From Blepharisma stoltei ATCC 30299 (lineage: Eukaryota; Protista; Ciliophora), in NCBI GenBank assembly GCA_965603825.1, contig CBFDEM010000032.1:434001-498000 (forward strand): 64,000 nucleotides of DNA, read 5' to 3'. Below the pieces are notes generated by a model, which did not search any database, was not told the origin of the DNA, and was given only the letters and a program-made list of their open reading frames with translations. The position numbers and the translations under genes are program-made. Positions 47,501-62,100 of the stretch are shown piece by piece (within the stretch, counting starts at the first letter, position 1; the number at the start of each line of letters is the position of its first letter).

Positions 47501-49280
47501 CTAGCAAATTTATAAACTCTCTACAAAAATATTTTTTATCTTTTTCATCGTTAGGCATGCGTAAGATCTCTGAGTCAAAAATGAATATTTGGTCTCTATA
47601 ATAACTGCTTTCAAATGGAAGTAATGTATTCAATCACTCCATGAATTTTTCTTTTCATATTTCTTCATCAAGTTCAAAAGATTGAAAAATATCTGAAAAT
47701 AGACATTTTCCTTGCCTTATTAAGGATGAGCAAGCAGATTTTGCTGTTTCAGGATCAACTAATTGAGCGTCAAAATAATCTTTATATATGCTCTTTAAAT
47801 CAATTAGAGTGCTGTCGGTTATAGGGTAGGGATCTTTTATTTTGGCATTTATCAAGTTTGCTAAACTAGATTCGTAAAATAAAATTTTAAAAGAAGAAGG
47901 CATGGCATGCAAAACTTCAAGTGTCTTTGCAATTTCGTCTGTTTTTAGAAAATAATTTTTACTTATATATCTGTTGATGAATACAATTAATTCTTGCTGA
48001 TTTCAATATTTCTCGAACCATTCATCCAGATTGATATCAGTTCCTCTTTTGTAAATAATAGTTTTCAGTAACACAACGAAGTCAGAAAAATTTTCGCATA
48101 AAAATGCTATTTTAAGTGAATAATCAATAATTTTATTTTCTTCTAAATTCCCAATTATCTCAAATAAAACTTCGCAATCATTGAAATTTAAATGAAGATG
48201 CGACTCAGAATTTTTAATAAATTTTTCAATGACTTCTTCTTTTATTTCAGTATTTTCTATATGACCCAAAATCATTTTTCATTCATCCTTATTTGAAAAT
48301 TTTGAAAATATCATCATATGTGTCAATCCTTGAATTGCTGCGGGGTAATGCTGTAAATTTTTTAATTTTTCTAAAGTAGATGATATAGAATTTCCAAGAA
48401 AACTTAAAAAGGTATCAGTGTTATCTATTTTAGCGATTTGATAAGAATGGATATTATGTGGAAAGCACCCTAATAATGATAAGATTGCTAAGCAGCCTTC
48501 ATCAATTCTATCGGCATGTATATATTCGATAGCAGTGCTAATTAATTTGATTAATTCTAGACTGGTATCTTTAGTAGCAATAGGATTCATGCAATAACTT
48601 AAAAATTGTCCAGCAAGAATTGGAAAAGTCAGAGTTCAATCACTTTGTTCAAGTAAATAATAAGAATAGCATATAAGGTGTATTAATGAATCCATGACTG
48701 CAGCTCCGGCTGGCTGGGATTTTATGATTCCTGAATTTGGAACGAACATTAAATTGAAAATGAAGGCGAAATTTTCATCCGGAAAGACCCTGATACACTC
48801 ATCTTTTTCATAGTGAATGAGATCTGCTAATAAGACTCTGTGCTTTTTTAAGCTTATCTTAAAATATGGACTGCACCCACTATAGGGATAATAACCCACT
48901 TTATAAAGCCAGATTTTTTTCTTATCAAAAGGATTTGTATAAGAAAATCCAGTTTGCTCAAATTCTAGAGTAGTGGAATTATCTTTTTTCTGGATTATTA
49001 ATTGTAGGGCGTTGCTTTGATATTGCTCATCGTTAAACGAATAAATAGCCAAAAGAGTTTTTAATGGATCTGATTCGTGCTTTTCCAGTATCATATAATC
49101 TTTTGACTCTTCCTGGGTAGGCTCGTTCTCTTCTTTTATATCCTTAGGTTCTAAAGTCAATTTTGCACCTGCCTTATTATCAGATTCAAGCATTTCTCCT
49201 TTTTCGTTGGACTTATTCTTATTCTTCTTATTCTTCTTATCCTTCTTCTTCTGCGTATTGCTTGTCTTCTGCCTTTTCAT
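35517..49280 (-). CDS. Giant RNF213/mysterin-like AAA+ ATPase-E3 ligase, paralog A, about 4587 aa, no intron needed
   Basis: Twelve-plus track ORFs share one frame, broken only by TGA (15 by my count) with no TAA/TAG. Motifs: SASAGLGKTT; TPDNFLKM...IPVIIMGETGCGKT (Walker A 43521-43544); FFDEFNT; GACNPYR; SVSLRDV; GKPGCSKS (42525-42548); FDEIGLAE; GISNWRLDASKMNR; YGLRDFY; LYDLFNQNF; RFEK. RZ finger at 37668-37772. Confidence 0.9.
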
Positions 49281-50120
49281 TTTTATAGATTTGTATTTTA
49301 GTTGTCAGGCATATTTTAGTTCTAAAGAAAATCGGGAAAATGCCATTGGATATTGGGCTCTAAAGCTAAAGATTATCAGAAATAAATATATTTTTAACAT
49401 AAGCTTATTGGATTCCGAAAGGACTCATTTAGTCAGACTTAATATTAGGTCGCCATATTTAAATATATAATAAGGTCTAGCTGCCCATAGGATGAAAACT
49501 TTTATTATAATTTATTGCATAAAATTTTATGCTCACTAAGAAAAGTGTTTGCTAAAAGTTTGGCTTGTTTGATTATTACCGTAAAAGGATGAATAATTTG
49601 CAATCTTTTATCAATTAACCTATATCTTAAGTAAAGAATTTTACATTGCGTTCAAGTTTTTTGCTTTGGCTTTTCGATAGCAAGACACTGGCTTGAAAAA
49701 TTTGATCGAAGTTTTTTATATTCAACAGGTGTTTACTCTGAAGTTTATTAGTTTTTCCGATCAAATTTCTGTCCAGAAAAAGATTGATAAGTGGAATCTG
49801 CTAATATCAAAAAAAAAATAGGGCGGATAAAATTTAGCTCTTTTTACATTTATTTCTTACTTGATCCTTTAGCTTCAAGTTTTCAGTCTTTTCTTAATCT
49901 AAATATTTTATAGACTATTAGGCTATTTCAAGCCTCTTTTCCTGATATATGAAATCATTTACTTGAAAAAAAATATTAGGCAATATTATTTATTCATCCA
50001 TCTTATCAGTATCTTTTATTTTAAAGATTTAATAAAAGAAAAATTTCTTACTTTTGATAATAAAGTTAAGATTCTATAAAAATAAGGTAATTTTATCATC
50101 CAATAATTTGCCTATAATAA

Positions 50121-53100
50121 ATGTGTCCAGCTGGTAAGAAAAGTAAGAAAGGAAAACCAATTGATAAAAATCAACCCTCTCCAATTGAAGAAACAAAAAG
50201 AGAGTCTGACCTAGGAAGGCAATCCCTTTTAGATAGTGAAATGTCTCAGAAAGATATTGAATCACAAGGATACATTTTAGACACCAAAACAGGAAAATTT
50301 AAAGAGTGCAAATTCGCTTACATTCTTTATGCTTTTGACGATCATCAATTTTCACAGAACGAATTTATGTTGATGATTCATCAATTTAGTTATAAAATCA
50401 GAGAGGTGCCCTTTCATTATCAAAACTATGATTACGCTGAATTTGGATTGAATAGAAATATAAAACTTTACAGAGTAGCTTATATCCCTGTAAAACATGA
50501 TAAAACAGATTCATTTCAATTAAAATTATGAAGAAGTCAATCAGATGATTTTTATGAAAAAGAAGGAACTTTTAGAGATTTTAAAAGTTGAAGCCACGCT
50601 TTTATTTTCAGCATGCAGATTGTAAAAAAAACTTGGTGGGGTTTTGGATGAAAAAGTCCAGATGGTGAACCTGTGCTCGATCCAATAGAGCAGCTAACTT
50701 TTTATTCTTTATATGCTTTTCGAAGTGCCAAATGAGAAATACTTCTCCCAATTCTCATCGAACAATTTAATTACAAATTTGATTACCGAAAATTTAATGT
50801 TGAAAAGCAAAGAGCAATTGAATTTCTCCAGGTTTTGGATTACTTTATTAGAGAGCAAGATTCAAATTACTCTGAAGAATCTTCGTATATAATTTTAGCA
50901 CTTTTAGGCTGCCTTAAAGCAGAAGCCATTCAACACCAAGAATGCAGACTGGATTCTGGGATTAGTCTTCTGTTAAGGATTGAAAATTTTGAAAATTTCT
51001 TTGAAAAAATCAGAATGCAATCGCTTTATAAAAATGCAATTTCAGGAATTGGCTATGCTTTAGCATTAAATAAAAAAGCAGGAGGAAGAGAATGGGCATT
51101 TATTCTTAATAAGATTGAAGATAGAGGCCAGAAATCTATAATTTTGCATCAATTTATAGAAATTGTGAGCTCACTAGGCCTTACTCTTAATAAAGATGAA
51201 TGCGAAGCTTTACAATTGATTATACAAACATTAGGCTCAAGTGAAATTTATAGCAAAATACTAGCATGTGCTGAGTCGCTCCTGCTATTCACAGAACTTT
51301 TACATGTACTGTTTTTATCAGTCGATGAGAATGCCAGAAGGGAATTCAACATAAAGCAAAATTGGAAAAGGGCAATCAATTTATTTCTTGAAAAGCAGCC
51401 ATTGAGAATAGACATAGTAGCTGATTTGTTGGAAATATTGCATAATAAAGAGCCTGAGTTCAAAAATTTATTCTATGATTCAAATTTTTCTAATATTGTA
51501 GATTCAGCAATAAGGAAATGCTTAGAAAGCTTCAATAAAAGCGACTTGGTTTACTTTAAGAAAATTTATAAGCTTTATTATAATGAAAGAGTTCGTTTTT
51601 CTATGAAATCAGATTCTGTATGCGAAACACTTTTAAAAAATTATTATTTAAAGCCACACGAATTGATAGAAAACTTCAACATCGATTGCAGATGGCTATT
51701 CAAATATTGATTAAAACAGCTTAAAATCAACTGTTATTCTGACATAGAAAAAATTATCAAGGAGTTAGAAATAGAAATTAAAATAATAAAAAGCCTCGAG
51801 ATCAAAGGCGTATTCGAAACAATTAATGCCATTATCAATAATGGAATAGTGCACATCTATGAATCTAGTAAAAGAATACTAAACAGCATTTTCGAGCTCG
51901 CGCCAATTATTGATGGTTTTGAAACACTTAAAACTGGTTATATTCAATTCATTCAAGAAACACAATTTTCTCTTTATAATTATTCAAGATCTTATGATGA
52001 CCAAGTTGGTAAAATTCTTGAGTTGCAAAAAAGGTATAAACATTGCGATCTCCTAAAAGAATTGTTAGCATTAAAGCTCGCCATTTCTGGAGTAGCTGAA
52101 TTACCCGAAAAGGAAACTAAAATGTGCCTTTATAAGGATCCATCCTCTCAATTCTTCTGGGCCGCTTTGATTGAATCTCACAAGTACTATTATTCAAGAA
52201 ACTTGGAATATTTTGCCAATTTGATAAGTTTTTGGGAAAAAGAAGGCTTAAAAATAGTGAATGAAGAAATTAAAGTTGATGATTTAATGATTATAAAATA
52301 CCAAAGTGAAGAAGACAGAGCTGCCTTTTTAAAATATCTAAATGCACCATTTGACATTAAAGGAAATAAGGCTAGGCCTGATTTTTTTGGAAAAATAAAG
52401 GAATTATTGACTAGGATTGATTTTATTAGTGAGGAAATGAGCCATGTGAAAGCTTTTATAGACATAATCTGCATAAATCTGCTTGATGTAGAAGGGGCAT
52501 ATAAAATATCCTTACATAGCTTTTCTTATATGGATTTAAAAGATTTTCAGTATCACCCAATAATTTTGCAAATAAAAGAACTTGCTGTAAGCTTAGCTAC
52601 GGTTTTGCATTCTCATTCATATATCCATTATTTCTTACAAAAAGAATTAGAAGTCTCTCCCTTAAGCCTATCAAACATTGCAACAATCTGCACGGAAGCA
52701 AAAAATAAAATGAAAAATGAACTAAATTCACTTTTTACCACATTTGAAAATTATCCTATGGAAAAATTTTTAGCAATCTTCAAAGACCTCAATTACATTC
52801 AAAAGGAAATATCAATCATTGAAAACTTATTTCCAAATCCAGATCCTGTAAAGCTTTTAAATCTGGGCCAATGCCTAGGTTATTTAAAAGAAAAAGAATC
52901 CTTAATATTCTCTTGCAATGCCATCAAAGAGCTTTCAGTGCTTTTTACTGGAGATGAAAATATCATAAAAATATGCCAAGATTGCATCGCTATTTTGCAA
53001 AATATTAAATCTCAAAAATTAAGTGTGTTTTTATCTGTATCTACCTTGGCAAAAGAAAGCTTGAGTAAAGATCTTAAAATAGGGGATGAAGAGATATTTT

Positions 53101-56100
53101 TTAAAACAATAAATGAAATATCAAGATCAGAAGAGCTGATAGCTTTTTTGAATAGTATTAATGAAAGTGATATGCTGCAGCTGAAAGAAAGTGTAAATGA
53201 TTATGATGATTTATACGCTGATACTCAAGCCATTATGGATTTAGAAAATTTATGGGAGTCTATTCGAGAAATCAAAAACATATTTTATGATTATCCAAGT
53301 TTTTGCAAGATTTTTAACCAGAGAAGGATTGATAAAAAATATGATAAAATTATAGCTCAGCTGCAAAATTGTAGGTCTCAGCTAGCAGGAATAAAAGAGC
53401 TGCATGTAAATATAAATTGCAAAGAAGAAGCCAAGAAAAAACAAATTGTTGAAATAATAACAGACTCAGAATTCCGCATAGTTTTAGTTGGAGATTTTTA
53501 TGATGTGAATTTGAAATACTTAAAAAACCAAAAGCATGATTTCAACTTGCCTAGTTTGCTTGAATTCAAAGAGCGTGCTTCATTGCTTCTTCATACTCTT
53601 GATGCAGCCCAAATTCAAGACCCAGATATGATTCTTCTTCCTGGATTTAAAAACTTAGTTACATCAATTCAAGAGATTTTGGCAAATCTAAATAATCTCA
53701 GAGTATATGGGTATCCTCTTATAGAAATTCCGGAATTATTTAGAGTTCATAACGGAGATATTTCAAGTGTTCTGGACTATGAAAAGCAGTTATCAGAGCA
53801 ATTTAAAACCTGGGAAATTTCACTGTCTGATAAATATAGTAGTAACTATTTGCTTACTTTTCTTCATGGGCAGCAGTTTTGGTGGCTTGAAGGTTATTTA
53901 ATTGATGATAAAAAGGAATTTGAAAAGGAGGCTAATAGTCTTTTAGAATATATGGGGAAATCCTATGCAAAAATAACAGATGTACGAATTGCAAATAAAA
54001 ATAATGCAGCTGAAAGGCTTTTATTATTAGGAGAAACACTGGAACAACTTCCTAATCTTCAGAACAACGACGCAAAGCTAAATTATTGTCCGAGAAACAG
54101 AAACAAATTCATCATAAACAATGGAGAAGTTGTTTACCTTGAGACTTCCAAAATATTACTAGGTATATTTTCAGTTTATTTTAATTCTTGCTCTTCAATG
54201 CCTCGAGCAGATCAAATCTTTTTCTGCCAATATAAAACCTCCTGGAATGAGCTCTTTGCATTTTTATATAGGTGTTTCACAAATCCAGGCCATGAACTAT
54301 ATCTTTTAGTTAACTGCGAAGAATTAGCTTTAGAGATTCAAAATAAATTTAAATCTTTATTTGCAGATTTGTGCTTCCACAAAGTCGGAGATATGCAATT
54401 TAAATTAGGCATAATTACAGCAGATAAATCTTCTGCATTATCATCATACTTTAAAAATACCGAATTAACAAGAGTGATTATTTTGAATGATAGCAAGTTG
54501 CTGAGCGATGATGACTTGAAAGAAATAGTTTTGGAGACTAATAGAAATTACGTGACTGTAGTAACTTCTGAGATGGCTGGGCTTGGAAAAACAACAGAAA
54601 TAAGACAGCAAGTAAAACAAATTAAAAATTATAGCCTTAATGATGAAGATGCTGAAAAAAGATTAGATGAAATAATAAAAATGTTCCCAATAGCTGGGGA
54701 AGTTGACTGTATTGATCTTTGTAAAAATTTCCCTTTCATTTCTGAGTCAATGGCTTTGCATCTTCATTTAAGCTACGTAAGCAACAGTTATCTGCTAAAT
54801 GAGTTCCTTATTAATCTATGCATTTTCCGAACACTAAATTACACAAAAAATATTATAATAATACCAAGAGAAATAAGGATTTTTATTGAAGTTTCCAACA
54901 CATATTCAAATATTCTTTTAAACTCTTTAGAATGTCTCCACTACTTCAACCATATTCATATAGAAAAATTTTCTTTAGATAGGCTAATTATCAGCAGAAA
55001 TCGAAATGATAAATTACAATTTATTTGTTCTTATCTTGACTTATATCATAGAAAATTGTTAGACAGTCAATCAATTTCTGAAATGACAGACCAAGGTTTA
55101 TCAGTTTATGATAATGAAAAAGTTCGTTTTTTGCTTGCTACCTACTTACTACCTAAACAAGGGGATGAAAAAAGCAATATATCTTATATTCAGCTAGACA
55201 TTATGATCAAAATTTTAACAAGCCTATGCAGGAATTTCGGAAATTGTGGATTTTTTGAGCCATGGATGATTAATGAAATGAAAAGTGATTTCGCAGCTAG
55301 TGGATTGGGTGCCTTTGTTTCTGATCTTGATAGTCTAAGATCTCGCATATTTGAAAGCATACTTTTGACTGTTAAAGAATTTACTTCAAAGTGTATTGCT
55401 GATGTTAGAAATCAACAGTTGAGAACCTCTCAAAATATCCAAGCAAATACTAGCATAATTGAGGATGAGGAATTAGCTGACAGATTCAAATGCTGCTTGA
55501 AATGAGAGTCATCAAACCACTTTACAATGGTTTTTCTAGAAGATGGTTCATTGATTCCCATATACAGAGATCCAAATGAAGTCCCAGTAAATATCAAGAA
55601 GCTGATTTTTACTCAGCACAATGCTCTGACGGCATATAAAGGAGGTGGAATCCCAGCAAATCAAATCAATCAAATAATCAAATCTGGAGCATACACAATT
55701 GAGGATTATCGACAGATGTTTCACAGTGATTTTCTTTTTAAATTACAAACTTATTGCAAAGACAAAAGGGACCTGCAATTAATGTACGTAGACTCTCAAT
55801 ATGTTATTACTCCAGACAATTTTTTAAAAATGAATTTAATTTATTTGAGAGCAATATCAAATATCCCCATAATCATAATGGGAGAAACAGGCTGTGGGAA
55901 AACATCTTTAATCCAATTTTTTGTGGAAAATATCCTTGGAGACCAGCTTGTAAAAATCAGTATTCATGCTGGCACCACATCAAGTGAAATAAAACAAGAA
56001 CTAGAGTCTCCGATGCTACAGTCGCAGATGTATATTGAGGAGGCTGCAATATGAGGCATAAAAGTAAAGAAACTCTGAGTTTTCTTTGATGAATTTAATA

Positions 56101-59100
56101 CAACTGAAAGTGTAGGGCTCATTTGCGAAATAATATGCAATAGAACACTCGAGGGAAGGAAACTGCCTGAAAACATGGTATTTATTGGTGCTTGCAATCC
56201 TTATAGGCTATCAATTCGAAGCCAAAGCTATCAAGAAAATGTTGGAATTAAAAAAGACACCAAAACAATTAGCAAACTCTCACATGTTGTTAAGCCGCTT
56301 CCAGAAACCATGATTGAGTATATATGAGACTATGGAGCTCTGACTGCTAATGATGAAAGAGAATATGTTATAGCTATGTTTAAAAATATTGAATCAAGTT
56401 ATACTGATCTTTTTGTAGATTTTATTTGCTTATCTCATAATCATTTTCAAAAATCTGAAGATGCAAGCAGTGTTAGTCTGAGAGATGTTTCAAGATTTAT
56501 CAAATTATATAAATGATTCAAGAACTCCATTATAGAAAAGAAAGCTCATAGAAATGAAAGATACCAAGAAAACCTGAAAAAATATAATTTGATTACCGAA
56601 GATAGAAATAGTGACCCTGATTTTGATGCAGGAATTTTAGCTTTTTGCCACTGCTACTATTTAAGGCATAGCACTCAAATCAAAAGATTTGAATTTTTAG
56701 AGGAGATTTGTAGAATTATTAATAGAGATACAATTTTTGTAGAGAGAATAATAGCAATAATTGAAAATGAGCAAAATGACTATCTTGCAAGGATGGAACT
56801 GCCTAAAGGAACAGCGTTTAATAAAGCTTTAAGGGAAAATATTTTTACAATTATTCCTTGCATTATAAATAAAATTCCTGTATTTCTATGTGGTAAGCCA
56901 GGATGCAGTAAAACTTTATCAATTCAACTTATCTTTGCCCATCTTAGGGGCAAAAAATCAACTGACTCCTATTTTCAAACACTTCCAGAACTTATTCAAG
57001 TGCCATTTCAAGGCTCAGATTCATGCACATCAGAAGGAATTATAAAAGCTTTTAAGAGAGCGGAAAAATATTATGAGACCGATAAAGCTCTGCTGCTACC
57101 AGTTATAATATTTGATGAGATTGGGCTTGCTGAAATTTCAAAGCATAATCCATTAAAAGTCCTTCATAATTTGCTTGAAATAGAAAATGTAACAGTAGGC
57201 TTTGTCGGAATTTCTAATTGAAGACTCGATGCATCTAAAATGAACCGAGCGCTTTATCTCGCAAGACCTGATCCGGATGAACTTGATTTAGTGTATACTG
57301 CAAACAGCATTTATTCATCTTTTGGAGGTATAGATAAAGTACACAAAAAAGTAATCAAGCATTTGGCTTTGTCATATTTTGAATTTAAGAATCAGTACAA
57401 GGATACCAATTATGCTGATTTTTATGGGCTTCGAGACTTTTATCACTTGATAAAGCAAGCATCAAAACAATTAGTCGTTAATAATTTCTTGGATCCTCAG
57501 CAAATTGCAGGAGTAGTTAAGAGAGCAATTGAAAGGAATTTTGGTGGGAAAGAAGGAGCTGCAGGAGAAATGGGAAGTATTTTTATGAAGTTGCATGGAT
57601 TTGAAAATATTTATCCTTATTGTGAGCCAAATATCAATATTTTAGATCTTATTAAAGAAAACTTAAAAGATCCAAGCTCACGTTATCTTATGCTTATAGG
57701 TAGGGTTGATGCTGTCTCATTTATTCTTGACAAGCATTTACATTCTCTTTTAGAAAGAAGAATAATTGTTGGAAGCAAATTAAAAGATGATATAAGCCAA
57801 GAAGAATACGGCTTTCGGTCACTCAGTGATATTATTCTCTATATGGAAAAAGGAATTTCTATAATTCTGAAAAATATGGATCATATATATAGCTCTTTAT
57901 ATGATTTATTCAACCAAAATTTCGCTGTCTCAGGAGAAGGGGAAGGAGAAAGAAAATATTGCAGGATTGCTTTAGGGGCTTTGTTTAACCCCAGGTGCTA
58001 TGTGAATAATAATTTCCATGCTATTGTTTTTATGGATAATGACAAAGACATTTTGCTTAAAGCTGATGCCCCCTTTTTAAATCGATTTGAAAAACATAAC
58101 TTGTCACTTGACAAAATTCTGACTTCTGAACAGAAAAGAATCCAAGAAAACTTAATAAAATGGGCAAAAAGAATATTTTATTTTCAAGGAGGAAACAAAA
58201 TGCTTTACACAATTAACCACTTATTCCCTATATATAGCTCAGAAACAATTGCATTATTGGTACTTTTCAACTATTGTGCAGATGAAGAAGAAACAATGAA
58301 AAGATGCAAGGATGTGCTACTAAGAGTGGCACCTTCTGATATTAAAGTACTACTTGAAGTAAACTATATGGAAGAGCATGAGAAGATTCCTATTATTAGT
58401 GAATGAAATGAACTTCATTTTGATAACTTTCCTGATCACATCGATTCTATTTTAAATGATTCAAAAGTAAATGGAAAATTTAGCAAACTTATTGCTTTTA
58501 CTTATGATACTAATTATTATTCAAACGAATATGAACAAGAAAACAAAAGCAAAATGCTTGTGAAAGAATTAAGTAGCTTTAAATCAGAACAGGATCTAAC
58601 CAAAGACCTACAAAAATTTTATGTTGAAGACAAAGAAATATATATTTTGGAGCTTGAATTTTCAAAAGAAAGCCAGCATTTATCGCTGATAAAGTTTATT
58701 ATAGATAAACTTGAGGATGAATTAAAGATAGAAAAAAATATTTGCATTATTATTCATATGAAAAGAAATATTAAATATGATAATGCAATTATACTGTTTG
58801 AGTCATGGAAAATGCAAATGTTTGATGGCCTTTCAACAGAGTCTTTTGATGTATCTGATAAATTAGCGAAAGATACTAAAACTCTTATATCTGAAAATCT
58901 CGTTATTAACTTTGAGGACAATGTAAGTGTTTTTATTGAAAAATGTTTATTGAAATTTAAGTATGACCAAAAACTGGCAAATAAAGAGAATTTAAACGAT
59001 CACATTGCTTCAATTATTAATAGTGCTTCTGCAGACAAAGAATTTGTAAAAGAATTAAAAGGAAAAGTTTTCGAAGAAATTAAAAAATCTGAAAATGTTA

Positions 59101-62100
59101 GGGACTGGAAAGAGCAGATTTTTATGAGTTCGGCTATTGTTTCAGATTCAAATAAGCTAGAAAATGCGATAAAGGCAGCTCTTTCTTATGAAATTGAAAA
59201 AGTTTTAACGCTGATTTTATATTCTCTTGAAGAAAGTTCGGCCCTTATTAGTTTTTTTAAAAATGGAAATAAAGAAATAAATGCAATTAAACGTGACATT
59301 TGGCTTGATAGTTTCTGAAATATCAGTACTGGGGAAATAAAACTGCAAGATATTAATCAAGGAAATTTGCTGAGCTTAGAATTAGTTTTAAATTTCCCAA
59401 CTTCTAAAGCAGAATATAAAATTATTGAAGACCTATGTGAGAACTGGAAAGAAAAAGGCATTTTTTATGAGGAGTCAATAATTAAAAGTAACATCCGAGA
59501 ATTATATAAACAAAAATCGCTTTTCTATAATAAATTTGATGCATTAAATCAAAACCTCGAACTTCAAGAGCTGCTTCTGAGTGATCTGGTCAAAATTTTA
59601 TTAAATAAAAATCTAATAAATCAAGAATTCGAAGATTTTGTGTTTAATCTGCTAAGGTTAGTTACAATCTATGAAAGCTCTCTAGAAGAAAAAATCTTAG
59701 CATTTATGAAGTTCAAACCTATTTTTGTACTTATTTGCTATGCAATTAACTTATTTTATTATTCGCCAGAATCCAAAATTAATGCGATTCAGAGTTATCT
59801 CAATAAATCTTTATCGATTTTAGAAAAATTGAAGAATAAATCCCCTGAAAGCGAAGAAGATAAGGAAGAAGAATCAAACTGCTTTAGTAAGATATCTCAG
59901 CCAGAGTGGAAGCTATTCATTAGTAATATATTGAATGAATTAATAATCTACTCTTGTCCAGACCAAATTGATAAAATCTACAGTGAAAATTGAGAATCTT
60001 ACCCTTCAGAAACAGGGAAATTAATAAGTATCATCAAAGAGATAGAAAACATAGAGGTTTTTGATATAAGAGGATTAGATTATCTTGAGTTTTGAGCAAC
60101 TTTTAGTACTTATATGACCAAATATGAAACAAAAGAAAATTTATTAAAGGTCTTTGAGGCCTCAAAGTCATTTGAGAAAGCCAATTCGTCTTTTCTTTAC
60201 AATCAAGATTTTGTAGAATATGTGTTTGGCTATATGAATCAGAACTCATCAAGTGATATCTATCAAAAGGCTGCATCTTTAAAATTTCAAAGCTATTATT
60301 TGGGCGTTTTACTTAAACAAGATGAAAAATATGTGCTAAAAATAGCTCAGCTTGTAGAGCAAAGTGAGATATGAAGGTATTCATCAGAGTTATTCAGTAA
60401 TTTATTGAATTATATGAACATAAAATGTGGTTTAAACACTAGAATGCTTGATACAGAAGATTTAAGAAATAATAAATATTCATTAGAAGTAGAAAAAACT
60501 ATTGAAATATGTGGATTTGAAAGCAAGTTTTCTATATTATTAAATGATTTTATTGGAAAGCATATAGATGAAGTGAATGAAAAAGAAAAATCAAGAGAGC
60601 ACAGTAATATTTTTAAATTCATGGAAAGGAAATTTTTGTTTGCTCAGCATTATAGGAATCTCTGCATGGTTCCTTCTGAATTTCCTTATTTAAACAGACT
60701 CTTTTCAATTTCATTTATTAAGCAAAATCTTGAAATTTATGCCTCGTATTTTAATCCTGAAAACAGTAATTTTGAAGATATTAATGAGGAATCCCGTCAG
60801 TTTTTGAACAAAATTAATGAAGAGTTGAGTTTAGAAACAAGCTTTCGGGATACTCTGAAGCTTTACTGTTTAAAAAACATTCACAAATCAAAGAATTTTG
60901 ATGGCTTTATAGAAGAAAATAGAGAACTACCTTGAATTCAGAATTATTCACCGTCAGAAAATGAGAATGAAAGATCTATATTCCCTTACTTCCCAAGCAT
61001 GAAAGAATCTTATTTAGAAATGGTTTATTTATTAAAATCATTGATAAATGATAAGTCAGAAAATATATTAGATGAAAAAATTATAAATGCAGATAACCCA
61101 AAATCCAGAATTGTGATTGCAATGGCTTTTATGAATGAGGTATTTATTAAGCATTCTTTAGGAGAAAAAATAAACACTTCCGTTAAAAATTGGTTTACAA
61201 ACAAAAAAGATATGATCCTTTCAAATCTTGGTAAGGAATTTTATCAACTTTTATACTTTTTTATTAATAATTTCCATCGCAGCAGCTATCTTTGCTTATA
61301 TAAGAATCAGCCAATTGAAGAAGTAGAAAAAATTCTAATTTTATGCTCTATTTCAATTCTCATTCTTTCTTATCGAAATTTTTCAAACCCCCTTTCCAGT
61401 CTCTTTTTCACGCCTGAAGGAACAATAGATCCTGACTTCCAAAAGCATTTCAACAATTTATATGTCATTTGTTCTGAGCCAAGTCCTATGTTACACTACT
61501 TGAAAGATACACTTAAAAATTTTAATTCTCTCATATCGAGTACTTGGAGGGCTCCACATTCTAAAGGGAGCACTTATAAATGTTCAAGTGATTGCGATTT
61601 TCTTTATTTTGTGAATGCATGTGGTGGGCCAACAGAAAAAGGATTTTGTCCATATTGCAAACGAGAAATAGGCGGAATAGGCCATAAACCAGTTCCCAGA
61701 GAAGGGCATGAGAATTTATCACATGAAGAGGCTATGAAGTTTCTGCAGGATTCAATAGCTCGAAGAGAAGCAAATGAATGCAAAGGATGCCAAAATTATG
61801 GAAGCTTTAATGGAGTAAAGCTGATTAGAGAATTGAAGCCAATTACATCAGAGTCACTTCATCTTATTCTTAGTGGAAGCCTTTATGTAATATTGAAGCT
61901 TGATGTTTTAAGGATAGGTGATATTGCTTCAGCAATAAATAAACCTCCTTTAGAATGCGAAGGCATTTTATGAGCAGCAATTCAAAATGATTTTACACAA
62001 ATTTCTTCACTTTTGAGTATACATGAGCCAAATATATGAATATTCAGCATTATATCAGAGCTCCCTGAAATAATTGAAGCTTTTAATGTTGAGCCCAGCA

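Noticed and set aside
49211-49250. TTC/TTA microsatellite-like run
   Set aside because: It simply encodes the Lys/Asn-rich N-terminus (KKKDKKNKKNKNK) of paralog A.
41040-58406. Midasin or dynein identity for the giant AAA proteins
   Set aside because: The motif series GETGCGKT, ACNPYR, SLRDV, GKPGxSK, DEIGLAE, GISNW, GLRDFY, LYDLFNQ plus an RZ finger is RNF213-type. No C-terminal MIDAS domain or dynein motifs were seen.
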